Below, one piece after another: positions 21,584-31,745 of a stretch of DNA of 64,000 bases; position 1 is the first letter of the stretch; each line of letters opens with the position of its first letter. The notes beneath the pieces are model-generated. The model was not told the DNA's origin. It did no database searches and worked only from the letters and a program-made list of their open reading frames with translations. Origin of the DNA: Candidatus Methanomethylophilaceae archaeon. Its GTDB lineage: Archaea > Thermoplasmatota > Thermoplasmata > Methanomassiliicoccales > Methanomethylophilaceae. The position numbers were made by a program, and so were the translations under genes. Location of the stretch: positions 480,001 through 544,000 of the forward strand of contig JBMNHS010000001.1 of the NCBI GenBank assembly GCA_050950505.1, read 5' to 3'.

Positions 21584-22308
21584 AGAAATCTTCTTATTCG
21601 ATGTGCAATTGTTTTTCCGAACGGTTCACACTGCCTGAGTATGGATAACATTACATTTTTATTAACTTTCGATTCACCCGCTTCTCTTTTGCCGAATTTG
21701 AAAGTAATTTCTTCAATATTGACGTTTGAAGGTCCGAATTTCAACAGATCGAACAGAGCTTTGAATCCCTGCATGTCCATTTCATCACGATGTTCTCTGA
21801 TAACCTGCTGATACAGTTCGGTTCTTCCTCCGAAGAATCCGCTCATTATATCCTTGGATCCTTTTTTGTCTCTCAGCCAGAGAGTGGTCATGGCCATTGT
21901 ATGGGCGCCCCATGACGCAATCCATCTCATCGGAGACAGCGCAGTGCGTTCTTCTCTGATTCCGATGCACAGATCCGCCCCGTTCTTCAAACGTTCGTAT
22001 GCGTACGCGACGGCTTCGGGAGGATGCTGAAAATCACAATCCATGTTGATGAAGAAATCCGTCTCACAATCCGAAATTCCCTGGAGTATGCTTGCGGACA
22101 ATCCTCTGTCTTCGGGATTTCTTTCAATAAAGGAAGTCATCGGATCGTTCAATTCTTCGATAAGTTCCTTTGAACCGTCGTCGGAATTGTCATCCATGAT
22201 AAGAATATGGAAATCAGGGTATAGTTCTCTGAGGCGTTTGGCCATCCTTTGTATGTTCCCCGCTTCCTTGTACGTGGGCAAAATAACAGTACATTTGGGA
22301 GCATCCAT
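21580..22308 (-). CDS. Polyprenol-phosphate glycosyltransferase (Dpm1-like)
   Basis: LPTYKE, DDNSDDG, MDCDFQHPP, DIMSGFF, REAGESK. Confidence 0.85.
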   Translation of the reverse strand: MDAPKCTVILPTYKEAGNIQRMAKRLRELYPDFHILIMDDNSDDGSKELIEELNDPMTSFIERNPEDRGLSASILQGISDCETDFFINMDCDFQHPPEAVAYAYERLKNGADLCIGIREERTALSPMRWIASWGAHTMAMTTLWLRDKKGSKDIMSGFFGGRTELYQQVIREHRDEMDMQGFKALFDLLKFGPSNVNIEEITFKFGKREAGESKVNKNVMLSILRQCEPFGKTIAHRIRRFL

Positions 22309-22381
22309 TTTTCTATCACCGATGTATCAGAAACGACTATATCATATATTCGCACACTTATTATGCAGATGGGTCGCAACC

Positions 22382-22744
22382 ATGTATGTAATATCGCTTG
22401 TGGTTAAGAATGAATTCGGTGTCATGCAGAGAGTCATGGGCGAATTCACCAGAAACAAGATTAACGTCGAAACAATCGTCGTCGGCAAATCGGAGCAACC
22501 CGGCAAGTCGAGAATGGTCCTTTCGGTGATAGACAAGTCCGAGGCGAACACGGCAATCGGTCGTCTTGAGAAACTTCAGGACGTATACGATGCGGAACTC
22601 ATCTTTGAAGAGGGACAGTCTGCGTACGCGTTGTTATCCACATCCAAAGGTAACGTCGGCGTTGTCGGAAGTTCCGAACAGGTCGACGAGATTATCGAAA
22701 TGAGCGAACCGGAGAAGTATGTCTCCGCATTGAACGCTCTGTAA
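22382..22744 (+). CDS. ACT-domain protein, acetolactate synthase small subunit-like
   Basis: VKNEFGVMQRVMGEFTRNKINVETI; directly upstream of ilvE. Confidence 0.7.
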   Translation: MYVISLVVKNEFGVMQRVMGEFTRNKINVETIVVGKSEQPGKSRMVLSVIDKSEANTAIGRLEKLQDVYDAELIFEEGQSAYALLSTSKGNVGVVGSSEQVDEIIEMSEPEKYVSALNAL

Positions 22745-22764
22745 TTATTGCGGAAGGAAATCAG

Positions 22765-23688
22765 ATGGAAAAGGGCGAATTTATTTGGCTCAACGGAAAA
22801 CTTGTGAAATGGGACGATGCGAGAATACACGTGATGTCCCACGGGTTCAACTACGGAACCGGAGTGTTTGAAGGAATAAGGGTGTATGACACGCCGAAGG
22901 GAAGATCCGTCTTCAGACTCAAGGAACACGTCCACCGCATGGTGGGAGGCTGCAAAATCATGGGCTTCGATATGGAGTTCGGCGGCAAAACCTACGGTGA
23001 AAAGGAAATCTATGACGCAGTAATGGAAACCGTGAGAAGCAACGAAATTGCGGATTATGTCAAACCCTGTATCTTCTTAAGCGGGGAAGAGGTTGGCTTG
23101 AATCCCGTAAACGTTCCTTCGAGCATGGTTATTTCCGCAATGTTCATGGGCAACTATCTGGGTGAAAGCGATAACGGCATGACGTTGATCACATCATCCT
23201 GGCAGAGACCGGACAATTTATGTTCGCCGGCTGGCGCCAAAGTGAACGGATCCTATATCACCTCCTGTCTTGCAAAGAAAGAAGCCGTACGTCAGGGTGC
23301 GGATGAAGCCGTGATGCTGAATTCCTGCGGGCATGTGGCGGAATGCACGGGGGAGAATATTTTCATCTATAAAAACGGAAAAATCATTACTCCTTTGCCC
23401 TCGGAAAGCATTCTGGAAGGCATCACGAGGAATTCAATCATCGAAGTCGCCCGTGACATGGGTTACACAGTGGAAGAAACCTTGGTGTCCCGCACACAGC
23501 TCATAACCGCCGATGAGGTATGGATGACCGGGACCGCGGCGGAAGTCGCTCCCGTCACACGGATTGACGGCAGAGTCATAGGCAGCGGCAAAGTGGGAAA
23601 AGTTTCCAAAGAAGTCGGTAAAAAATTCCACGAAGTCGTTACCGGCAAGGATCTTGCCTACGAGAAGTGGCTGGATTACGTAAATTGA
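22765..23688 (+). CDS. ilvE: Branched-chain amino acid aminotransferase
   Basis: YGTGVFEGIR, AK..G.Y, ECTGENIF, ILEGITR, GTAAEV. Confidence 0.93.
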   Translation: MEKGEFIWLNGKLVKWDDARIHVMSHGFNYGTGVFEGIRVYDTPKGRSVFRLKEHVHRMVGGCKIMGFDMEFGGKTYGEKEIYDAVMETVRSNEIADYVKPCIFLSGEEVGLNPVNVPSSMVISAMFMGNYLGESDNGMTLITSSWQRPDNLCSPAGAKVNGSYITSCLAKKEAVRQGADEAVMLNSCGHVAECTGENIFIYKNGKIITPLPSESILEGITRNSIIEVARDMGYTVEETLVSRTQLITADEVWMTGTAAEVAPVTRIDGRVIGSGKVGKVSKEVGKKFHEVVTGKDLAYEKWLDYVN

Positions 23689-23697
23689 AATTCTTTA

Positions 23698-23713
23698 CCC
23701 GCCGCAAGGCGGG
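23698..23713. terminator. GC hairpin between convergent genes
   Basis: CCCGCC-GCAA-GGCGGG. Confidence 0.6.
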
Positions 23714-23718
23714 ATTCT

Positions 23719-24801
23719 TCATTCATTTCCATTGATTACGTTTAACAGCAAGGATTCGAAATTGCCGATATGGTATTTCCAATCATATGTTTCCGCATGG
23801 GCTCTTGCGGCAGACCTCAGTGAAATTCTTTTTTCATCGTCATTGAGCAAATCATTCATGGCCTCGGCAAGCGCGGTGGAATTCTTTGATGGCACGGCAA
23901 TGCCCCCGTCCCCGATGGTATCGGGCAACCCGTTGACATCAGATGATATAATCGGCCGACCGTAAGACATCAATTCAATTGCGGCAAGACCCAGTGATTC
24001 AAACAGAGAAGGCATGACGAAGAATTTACAGGTGCTCATCAGCAAGCCCTTCTCTTCTTCGCTCACGTATCCTTTCATTTCTATTTTGTCTTCAAGACCC
24101 AATTTCTTGATCTGTTTTTTCAATCTGGATTCTTCCGGACCCTTACCGCAGATTATCAGCTTGCCGTCAACTTCGGTCATCGCTTCCACAAGATATTTCA
24201 GTCCTTTGGTTCCAATCAGCCTCCCCAGTGACAGGATGAAATCTCCTTCTTCATCGGTGGTTTCCGGAAATGACGTAAGGCATGACGGAATCGTAGACGT
24301 CAGTTCGGACGGAATGCCTCTGGAAATCAAATCTTTGCGAACATAATCGCTTACGCACACGATGTGATCGAAAGTGTCCAGTGTTTTTCTGAATCGGTTA
24401 TCGTTTATTTTTGAAATCCGTCCGGTCAGACCCACCCCTTCCCCCCACATGTTGTGGTACGTGAAAACCTTCTTTCCCCGGTATTTTCTCAAATCGGAAG
24501 AGTAGGACGGTGCCCACCGGTAATTGAAATTGACGACGTCCGCATCAAAGGACTCCAATGTTTCCAGAACGTTTTCGGATGAAACGACAGGAGGATTGTA
24601 CACGTTGATGTAACGGGATTTCAACCGCACTATACGGTAGCCTTCGTCGGCAATCTCTTCCTCCGGCGTCCCGGGAAGTCTGCTTGTCAGTATGGTAACG
24701 TCATGTCCCCGTTCGGTCAGCAAGGCGGCTGTGTCATGCATTCTTCGTTCGATTCCGCCTTTGTAAGGATAAAAAAATGGATTTATATCAACAAATTTCA
24801 T
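23719..24801 (-). CDS. GT4 glycosyltransferase
   Basis: PYKGGIE, GRLIGTKG, ESLGLAAIELM. Confidence 0.88.
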   Translation of the reverse strand: MKFVDINPFFYPYKGGIERRMHDTAALLTERGHDVTILTSRLPGTPEEEIADEGYRIVRLKSRYINVYNPPVVSSENVLETLESFDADVVNFNYRWAPSYSSDLRKYRGKKVFTYHNMWGEGVGLTGRISKINDNRFRKTLDTFDHIVCVSDYVRKDLISRGIPSELTSTIPSCLTSFPETTDEEGDFILSLGRLIGTKGLKYLVEAMTEVDGKLIICGKGPEESRLKKQIKKLGLEDKIEMKGYVSEEEKGLLMSTCKFFVMPSLFESLGLAAIELMSYGRPIISSDVNGLPDTIGDGGIAVPSKNSTALAEAMNDLLNDDEKRISLRSAARAHAETYDWKYHIGNFESLLLNVINGNE

Positions 24802-25388
24802 ACATCCAACCCCGATTTCTTCTTTTTATAGAAAGACAGTATGAAACTTATGATGATTACGGCCATCGTCATCACTATCGTAAAGGTTTGAGCCATATCC
24901 GAACTGAAGAAGACGAAGAAGAATCCGCTGAACAGCAGGATAAAACCGTACTTGAGATAACATCCCACCACTATGTAAAGCATGGATTTCTTGTAATCCC
25001 ATTCATCAATGATGGATATGAACGCTCCGGCAAAAGGAATCATCGGGGCAAACCGGTTTACCAGGAATATTCTTTCATCGCTCACCATCAAAAAGTTGAC
25101 GTATTTGTCCGCTACCTTTCTGATTCTTTCAGGAACCCGGATATAATCCACAATCCCGTAAAGCAGTGAAATTCCCAGAATTTCGCCTATGGATGCGGCA
25201 ACCAGCAAAGAAATTCCGAATGTAAAACTGCTCGGCATATACATGAAACCGATTACGAAGAACAATTCCGGGAGGGTGGGAAAAAACACCGCGTCTATGA
25301 AGAAAATCAATGCTACAAACACGATGATGCCTATGGCACCGTGGGGACCGAACACATCCAACATCCATTCGCTTATGCTGAAGCTCAA
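24798..25388 (-). CDS. Membrane protein, DedA/VTT-like
   Basis: FPTLPE, NRFAPMIP, several TM segments. Confidence 0.55.
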   Translation of the reverse strand: MSFSISEWMLDVFGPHGAIGIIVFVALIFFIDAVFFPTLPELFFVIGFMYMPSSFTFGISLLVAASIGEILGISLLYGIVDYIRVPERIRKVADKYVNFLMVSDERIFLVNRFAPMIPFAGAFISIIDEWDYKKSMLYIVVGCYLKYGFILLFSGFFFVFFSSDMAQTFTIVMTMAVIIISFILSFYKKKKSGLDV

Positions 25389-26542
25389 CGGTTCCCTTCC
25401 TCCAGTCTTTTCTTTTTGTTTCTTATGACTTCAGAGTACAGATCAACGGTTTTTTCAGCGGAAGCCAGAGCAGAATACGTCAATGCGGATTCACGGGAAG
25501 ATTGTTTTATTTCCTCACTGGCATTCAGCCCCTTTTCTATTGCCGAAACACAATCGTTTTCACCGTTAAACAGGAATCCGTTTTCTCCGTCTTTTATTAT
25601 ATCTTTGAAAGCTCTGGCATTGCGACATACGCAAGGCAATCCGGAAGACATGGCTTCGAGTACGGACAACCCCTGGGTTTCAAAAGCGGAGCATGAAATA
25701 AGCATGTCTGCACCGGCATAAGCGTAAGGAAGATCCCCGTCAGGGACGAATCCCGAAAATTTCACTTTATGTTCAAGACCCATTTCGGAAACCAATTCTT
25801 TCAGTTCCTCTTTCTGGGGACCGTTGCCGACTATCACCAATTCGGCGTCGATATCTTTCATTGCACGTATGGCCATGTCGATTTCTTTTTCAAAAGAAAT
25901 ACGGCCGACGTGAAGAATTCTTTTGACGTCGTTTTTAAGATGGAATTTCTTTTCGAATCTGTTCTCGTCCAACCCCGGGCGGAACACGTCGGTATCTATA
26001 CCTGTGGGTATGGTAACGAGCGATCGCATATCTTTGACATAATCCGTCAATTCTTCGCCGATGGGTTCCGTCGGAACAATCACCGCATCCATTCTTTTCA
26101 TTACGTTTTTGAGATAGATCCAAATCAAACGGTCCAAAACATCCTTGGAAAGTTTGATCGGAGAATATTTGTGGGCAACCTCGCCGACCATGGTGTGAAA
26201 CGTCATGACAACCGGTATTTTCAGAAAATGGGCCAACATCAACCCTCTCACGGCCATGGTGGCGACGCCGTGAACATGCAGAACGTCAAAATTCAAAGAT
26301 TCAACGCGTTCACGGTCAAGAGAAGGCAAAACGGGAACGAAATATCCCTGATAAGATTTCAGTCTGACCGAGCGTATCCAAAGCACTTTGGAATCTTCGG
26401 TGCGTTCATCCTTTCCCGGGTCGGGTGCGACAACCCACACATCATGACCCAGTTCTTCCAAAGATCTGCGAATCATCGTGACTGAAGTGACCACTCCGTC
26501 CCTTGTCGGATAATAACTGTCGGTCATCAGTGCTATTCGCAT
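25385..26542 (-). CDS. GT4 glycosyltransferase (glycolipid synthase-like)
   Basis: MRIALMTDSYYPTRDGV, GRISFEK, ETQGLSVLEAM. Confidence 0.88.
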   Translation of the reverse strand: MRIALMTDSYYPTRDGVVTSVTMIRRSLEELGHDVWVVAPDPGKDERTEDSKVLWIRSVRLKSYQGYFVPVLPSLDRERVESLNFDVLHVHGVATMAVRGLMLAHFLKIPVVMTFHTMVGEVAHKYSPIKLSKDVLDRLIWIYLKNVMKRMDAVIVPTEPIGEELTDYVKDMRSLVTIPTGIDTDVFRPGLDENRFEKKFHLKNDVKRILHVGRISFEKEIDMAIRAMKDIDAELVIVGNGPQKEELKELVSEMGLEHKVKFSGFVPDGDLPYAYAGADMLISCSAFETQGLSVLEAMSSGLPCVCRNARAFKDIIKDGENGFLFNGENDCVSAIEKGLNASEEIKQSSRESALTYSALASAEKTVDLYSEVIRNKKKRLEEGNR

Positions 26543-26689
26543 GTTGTTGTACCTTCTTACCGTGACGTATACTCTCAATTCTTAATAAAGTGAGTATATG
26601 AAGATTCTTCGGAAGAAATCGCCATAACAGATTCACAACATGTTCTGATGTTTGCGAATTACTGATATATTGAGATATCATTGTCCTGC

Positions 26690-28088
26690 CATGGAGGAAC
26701 TCCCCGAGAATGTTTCGGCAGTATCGCGTTTGTCGATATTCCTGAAACGTCCGATGATAACGATACTTCTTGTCGGAATTATCATACGCGCCGTACTCAT
26801 ACCCCTTCTTACATACAATTACGATATAGCGTTCTGGGCAACTACGATCCAACATGCGCAATCAAACAACGGACTTTACAATTTAGAAGGTTATTTTTAC
26901 ACTCCGGTCTGGGGATATATGTTAAGCTTCCTGGGACTGATTGGAAATTTCGTATTCGGGATATCTTCCTACGGAACAATGGCCGACGGTCTGCTGGCAT
27001 CCCTTGGAGCGGATTGGGAATTTTACGGCGTGATGACCGTTTCGCCGGAATTCAGTATTCTCGTGAAATCATTCCTCTCCGTATTTGATGTCATATGCGC
27101 ATACCTCATTTATACAATCGTCAAGAGATTCGGATATTCCGATCGCAAAGCAACAATGGCTTTCGGATTATGGTTCCTGTGCCCCATTGTAATTTACACA
27201 TCGGCCGTCCATGGAACTTTCGATAACATTTCCGTTTCATTTTTGCTTTTGTCTTTCCTGTTGGCCATGGACCGGAAATATATGTTGGCGGGAGCTTCTT
27301 TCAGCATTGCGGCGCTGACCAAATTTTTCCCCGCTTATCTGGCCTTCATGTTGCTGGCATATGTTCTGAGAACGAACAATGAACGCAATTCGAAAGCAAA
27401 AGCGATACTCAGTGTCGCCGCGGGAGTTTTGATTACGGCATTTTTAATACTTATCCCTCAGATTATGACAGGATACGCGTCTGAAGCTTTCGGTTTTGTG
27501 TTTGACCGTGTATCCTCCATTCAGAATGATGCGGATTCGCTATGGGATTTTATTGCGACAAACGGTATGTTAATCGTATTGTTATTGCAACCTTTGGCTT
27601 TTGCACTTCTTGGGGTCATGGCTTACAAGGCATATAAAGCGGAAGAGAGCAAATTCAATGAAACCTTCATGCTTATGTTCTTATTGAGCGCCACCGCAAT
27701 ATTCCTGTGGACCCCTGCCCCGACGTATCTTCTGCTGACAATACCGTTTTTGATATTCGTTGTCGTGACAGCCGAGTCCGAATCTCAGAAAAGGTACATC
27801 ATCCCCCTGATACTGCTGTTCGTATCGACGACGCTGTATTCCCTGATCATGCATAGCTTCTCCATATTGTTCCAGAGTTCCGTTTATATGGAACTCGTTT
27901 CTGCCGAAACGATATTGAACGGAATCGAATGGATGTCTCATATCATATCTGCGGGATTGACAAGACAAACGGCATTGAATTTAGTGATGGGGGCGCTGGA
28001 GACTTTGGCAATCTATTCAGTGTTCTTGGTATACATTATTAATCACATCACATCCAAAAAACGGAGGTCCGATTGTGTTGGACAATAA
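26690..28088 (+). CDS. Polytopic GT-C-type glycosyltransferase (GT87/PIG-M-like)
   Basis: YD near N-terminus, YFYTP, HGTFDNI, TKFFP, many TM helices. Confidence 0.65.
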
Positions 28089-28995
28089 AAATATCATAGC
28101 CGCAATCGCTGTGGTACTTATTGCCGCAATGTTTGTGGGGGAAGTGGCGATATACGTCAAAAATCCCTATTCTTATGATGCGGACGTTGTTTGGGACGAA
28201 GAGAGTTTGGAATACACTCTGACGGCTTCGAACAACATCACTTACGACCTCCTGGTTCTGGATAACGAAGATTCTGTCCCGGTAACAGAACTTATTATAT
28301 GCAGTAACGGAAGCGGCTATTTTGACAGGATAGTGAATGAGCTGACAATCCGAAACTTCAGTAATGTGATTATGACCGATTCAGAGAATATTGCGGATAT
28401 GATGGATGAGCCCGAAGGAAAGGCTATATTGATTCCGTACGGAGTGTTTCCTAAGGAAATTTATAACGGCAATTCCACGGATCCGTTGATGGAATGGTTC
28501 GCCGGCGGAGGTTCGGTATTCTGGTTCGGACATATGCCTTCCAACGGATATGTGAACGAGGAATATCTTACGCCACTGGGATTGTCCGAAGATGATTTCT
28601 GCACAAAGGAAAATTATTCATCCCTTCCGTCAGGAATGTTTTGCAAACCTTTGAGTCTGAGAAACAGCCTTGTTTACAATGGGTTGAAAGCGGATGCCGG
28701 AACACCTCTGGCATACGTATCCGACGACGGCTTCAGTTCTATCACCTCAAAGAAAGTTTTGAACGGGTCGCTTACCGTGTTTGCCGGCGGGCATACCTAT
28801 GAAAATTCAATGGATTGCGCACAACTGATATCCGCGGGCGTAACAGCCGACAGTGTACTGTCGAAACACGTAACCGGAGAAGTCAGAGGTTCAATCACGG
28901 AATCCGTGGTGTTCGGTACTGAGATCATTCCCGAAAACAATTCTGTTTATGTGTACATGGGCGGATACTATATCGTATACGGAAAAAGGTTCTGA
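28075..28995 (+). CDS. Membrane-anchored hypothetical protein
   Basis: N-terminal hydrophobic helix, acidic extracellular-like body; overlaps upstream gene. Confidence 0.7.
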   Translation: MLDNKNIIAAIAVVLIAAMFVGEVAIYVKNPYSYDADVVWDEESLEYTLTASNNITYDLLVLDNEDSVPVTELIICSNGSGYFDRIVNELTIRNFSNVIMTDSENIADMMDEPEGKAILIPYGVFPKEIYNGNSTDPLMEWFAGGGSVFWFGHMPSNGYVNEEYLTPLGLSEDDFCTKENYSSLPSGMFCKPLSLRNSLVYNGLKADAGTPLAYVSDDGFSSITSKKVLNGSLTVFAGGHTYENSMDCAQLISAGVTADSVLSKHVTGEVRGSITESVVFGTEIIPENNSVYVYMGGYYIVYGKRF

Positions 28996-29048
28996 CATTT
29001 GATAACAAGTTCCAAATCGTTATTATATCAAATATTAATCACAACGTT

Positions 29049-29660
29049 ATGCCTGTCCCAAAGAAACTGTCTTTGCTGCTAGCCGTCATCGTTGTCGTAA
29101 TCTCCGCACTGAGCGCTGATTGGATGTGGTTCGGTGTAGCTTTGGTAGGCATCGCCGTGGTAATGTATCCCGGAAGAAAGGATGATTTCAGATACAATCC
29201 GATTCTTCTATGGACCGCATCGGCACTGTTGATCATTCAAATAATATTGGGGATATTGATTTTTGCAGATTTTCATGCAAAATCCTTTTGGATAGTTTCA
29301 CTGGCTATACAAACATGCATCTGTGCGGTTTACGGATACATGCTTGCGTTGCTGATTGACAGGTTCACGAGCATAAAACTCTCCGAACGCTGGATATTGA
29401 TGTTTTCATTGTTGTTCGCTTTGACAGTATCGGGAATTTATCTGTTTTTCCAATTTGCATCTCTTTATGCGGCAGGATATCCTGTGTTCAACTTTGAACT
29501 TCAGGGAGTGGTTTCCAACGAAGAGAGAATATGGATGAACCTGCAGCTGATGTATCCTCCCACGGTGGCGACGTTTGTTTCAATCTTTGCTGTTTTGATA
29601 CTTAGGCATTGGACGAAGCACAACAATTTATCCTTCAAGGGGGCAAATGCCCATGAATGA
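29049..29660 (+). CDS. Hypothetical membrane protein
   Basis: 203 aa with multiple TM segments. Confidence 0.7.
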   Translation: MPVPKKLSLLLAVIVVVISALSADWMWFGVALVGIAVVMYPGRKDDFRYNPILLWTASALLIIQIILGILIFADFHAKSFWIVSLAIQTCICAVYGYMLALLIDRFTSIKLSERWILMFSLLFALTVSGIYLFFQFASLYAAGYPVFNFELQGVVSNEERIWMNLQLMYPPTVATFVSIFAVLILRHWTKHNNLSFKGANAHE

Positions 29661-30309
29661 ACGCCACAGCAATTTGCTGGTGGATCTTGTATGCATGATA
29701 TCCTTCATTGTACTGATTGCAATGACGATAGAATCCCACTTCGGCAACGTTCGAACCGGATATCAGATAAACACAGGTCTGTTCACTGCCTTTTTCTGTC
29801 TTGTTCCCATGCTGTTCCGCCGTTTCAAAATAATGACATTGCCCTTGGCGTTCGTCGTGGCAATCGAAATAGCGATTTTCCTTCACGGTTACGGGGTGTT
29901 GATGCTGAGTTATGATAATCTTTCATGGTATGATTCCGTAACGCATACAATATCCTCTATCGTTGTCGGTCTCTGCGTGTTCTACGGTCTGATGGCCGTG
30001 AACAAAGCGGATGACAAAGTCAATCTGGGACGAAACGGGATGTCCATATTCATTATTCTCATAATGCTGTCATTCAGCGTTTACTGGGAAGTTTTCGAAT
30101 TGATAGTCGATATGCTGGCGGGAACAAACATGCAGTACAGTCCTTTCGATACCATGAGGGATATGATTTCAAACACGTTCGGAGGGGTCGTGGTCGCTTT
30201 GTACGTAAGGTGGTTCCTCAAAAAATGCCCGGATTATGACGTAATCGAATCGTTTGACATACATCCCCGCCTGGTCAAAATGGCCGCGCATTCAAGCAAG
30301 GACCAATAA
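29647..30309 (+). CDS. Membrane protein (DUF2238/VanZ-like motif set)
   Basis: WYDSVTH, WEVFE, DTMRDMISN. Confidence 0.65.
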   Translation: MPMNERHSNLLVDLVCMISFIVLIAMTIESHFGNVRTGYQINTGLFTAFFCLVPMLFRRFKIMTLPLAFVVAIEIAIFLHGYGVLMLSYDNLSWYDSVTHTISSIVVGLCVFYGLMAVNKADDKVNLGRNGMSIFIILIMLSFSVYWEVFELIVDMLAGTNMQYSPFDTMRDMISNTFGGVVVALYVRWFLKKCPDYDVIESFDIHPRLVKMAAHSSKDQ

Positions 30310-30320
30310 TTAAGATAATT

Positions 30321-30332
30321 AATTTATATAAG
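30321..30332 (+). promoter_or_regulatory. Probable TATA box of the rpl7ae operon
   Basis: AATTTATATAAG in the intergenic region upstream of rpl7ae. Confidence 0.5.
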
Positions 30333-30403
30333 CAGACGATAGCAAGTTCTGCTCTCAAGAGCCGATGATTGATGAAGGTCAATGACCGGAAAGAGGTATC
30401 AAA

Positions 30404-30769
30404 ATGTCTATATTCGTTAAATTTGAGACACCGAAGGAACTTTCTGACAAAGCATATCAGCTTGCCGAAATCGCAAGAGACAGCGGCAAAGTCAAGAAAG
30501 GAACAAATGAAGTTACAAAAGCAGTCGAACGCGGAGACGCCGCAATGGTCATCATGGCCGTTGACGTGACTCCTCCGGAGATTCTCGCACACATTCCCGC
30601 ACTCTGTGAAGAGAGGGGTGTTGCGTACGTTTACGTTCCCAGCAAAGCCGAACTCGGCAATGCCATAGGACTTGAGAAACCCACCGCTTCAATTGCGATA
30701 ATCGATGTCGGAAAGGGAAAACAGCTCTCCGAAGACGTTGCAAAGGCAGTCGAAGAACTCAAAAACTGA
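30404..30769 (+). CDS. rpl7ae: Ribosomal protein L7Ae
   Basis: [22 protein letters not shown]. Confidence 0.96.
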   Translation: MSIFVKFETPKELSDKAYQLAEIARDSGKVKKGTNEVTKAVERGDAAMVIMAVDVTPPEILAHIPALCEERGVAYVYVPSKAELGNAIGLEKPTASIAIIDVGKGKQLSEDVAKAVEELKN

Positions 30770-30780
30770 TGGTGATCTGA

Positions 30781-30993
30781 ATGGTTAACACTGACAGCAT
30801 CCCCGCGGAGGTCGTTGAAATCATCGGCCGCACCGGGATGACCGGTGAAGCCACCCAGGTCAAAGTCCGCGTATTGGACGGAAGGGACAAGGGAAGGATT
30901 ATCACCAGAAATATTATGGGTCCCGTCAGAATGGGCGACACTCTCATGCTGAGAGAGACTTCCAGAGAAGCCAGAAAACTCGGATCGAGGTGA
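30781..30993 (+). CDS. rps28e: Ribosomal protein S28e
   Basis: [29 protein letters not shown]. Confidence 0.96.
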   Translation: MVNTDSIPAEVVEIIGRTGMTGEATQVKVRVLDGRDKGRIITRNIMGPVRMGDTLMLRETSREARKLGSR

Positions 30994-31226
30994 TGACGGT
31001 GGTCGAAATAAGAAAATGTTCATTCTGTGGCTCCGACATAGAACCCGGAACCGGTAAAATGTTCGTCAAAAGAGACGGAACCATTCTGCACTTTGACAAC
31101 AACAAATGCTACAAGAACATGATAGAGCTCAAGAGGGTTCCCAGAAGAACCGCATGGACTCAGAAAGCCATGGAAGAAAAAGTCGCACGCCTCAAGGTCG
31201 AAGAAAAGCGTGCCGGCGAGGAATGA
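30990..31226 (+). CDS. rpl24e: Ribosomal protein L24e
   Basis: [28 protein letters not shown]. Confidence 0.95.
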   Translation: MMTVVEIRKCSFCGSDIEPGTGKMFVKRDGTILHFDNNKCYKNMIELKRVPRRTAWTQKAMEEKVARLKVEEKRAGEE

Positions 31227-31231
31227 TTTTC

Positions 31232-31687
31232 ATGGCCATGGAAAGAACCTACCTGATGATCAAACCCGACGGAGTCCAGCGCGGACTCTGCGGGGCCATC
31301 GTTTCCAGGTTCGAGAACAAAGGGCTCAAGATTCTCGGTATGAAGATGATGGCGATTCCCCGCGAAGTCGCGGAGTCCCATTACGGCGAACACAAGGACA
31401 AAAAGTTCTTCGGTTCCCTCATCGATTACATAACGTCAGGGCCGGTTCTCGTAATGGTGCTCGAAGGCGACAACGCCGTCTCCGTATGCAGAACACTCAT
31501 GGGTCAGACGAACCCTCAGGAATCCGCCCCCGGCACAATCCGCGGCGATTACTGCATGGTTACGGGCGTGAACATAATTCACGGATCCGACTCCGTTGAG
31601 TCGGCCGAAAGGGAAATATCTATATTCTTCAAACCCGAAGAGTTAGTTGAGTATACCAGAGATTCCGACAAGTGGATTTACGAGTAA
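31232..31687 (+). CDS. ndk: Nucleoside diphosphate kinase
   Basis: [25 protein letters not shown]. Confidence 0.96.
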   Translation: MAMERTYLMIKPDGVQRGLCGAIVSRFENKGLKILGMKMMAIPREVAESHYGEHKDKKFFGSLIDYITSGPVLVMVLEGDNAVSVCRTLMGQTNPQESAPGTIRGDYCMVTGVNIIHGSDSVESAEREISIFFKPEELVEYTRDSDKWIYE

Positions 31688-31745
31688 TCAAACATCTTTC
31701 ACTCAAACCATTTATTCGACCGATGATGGGGGAACACGGGTTAAC

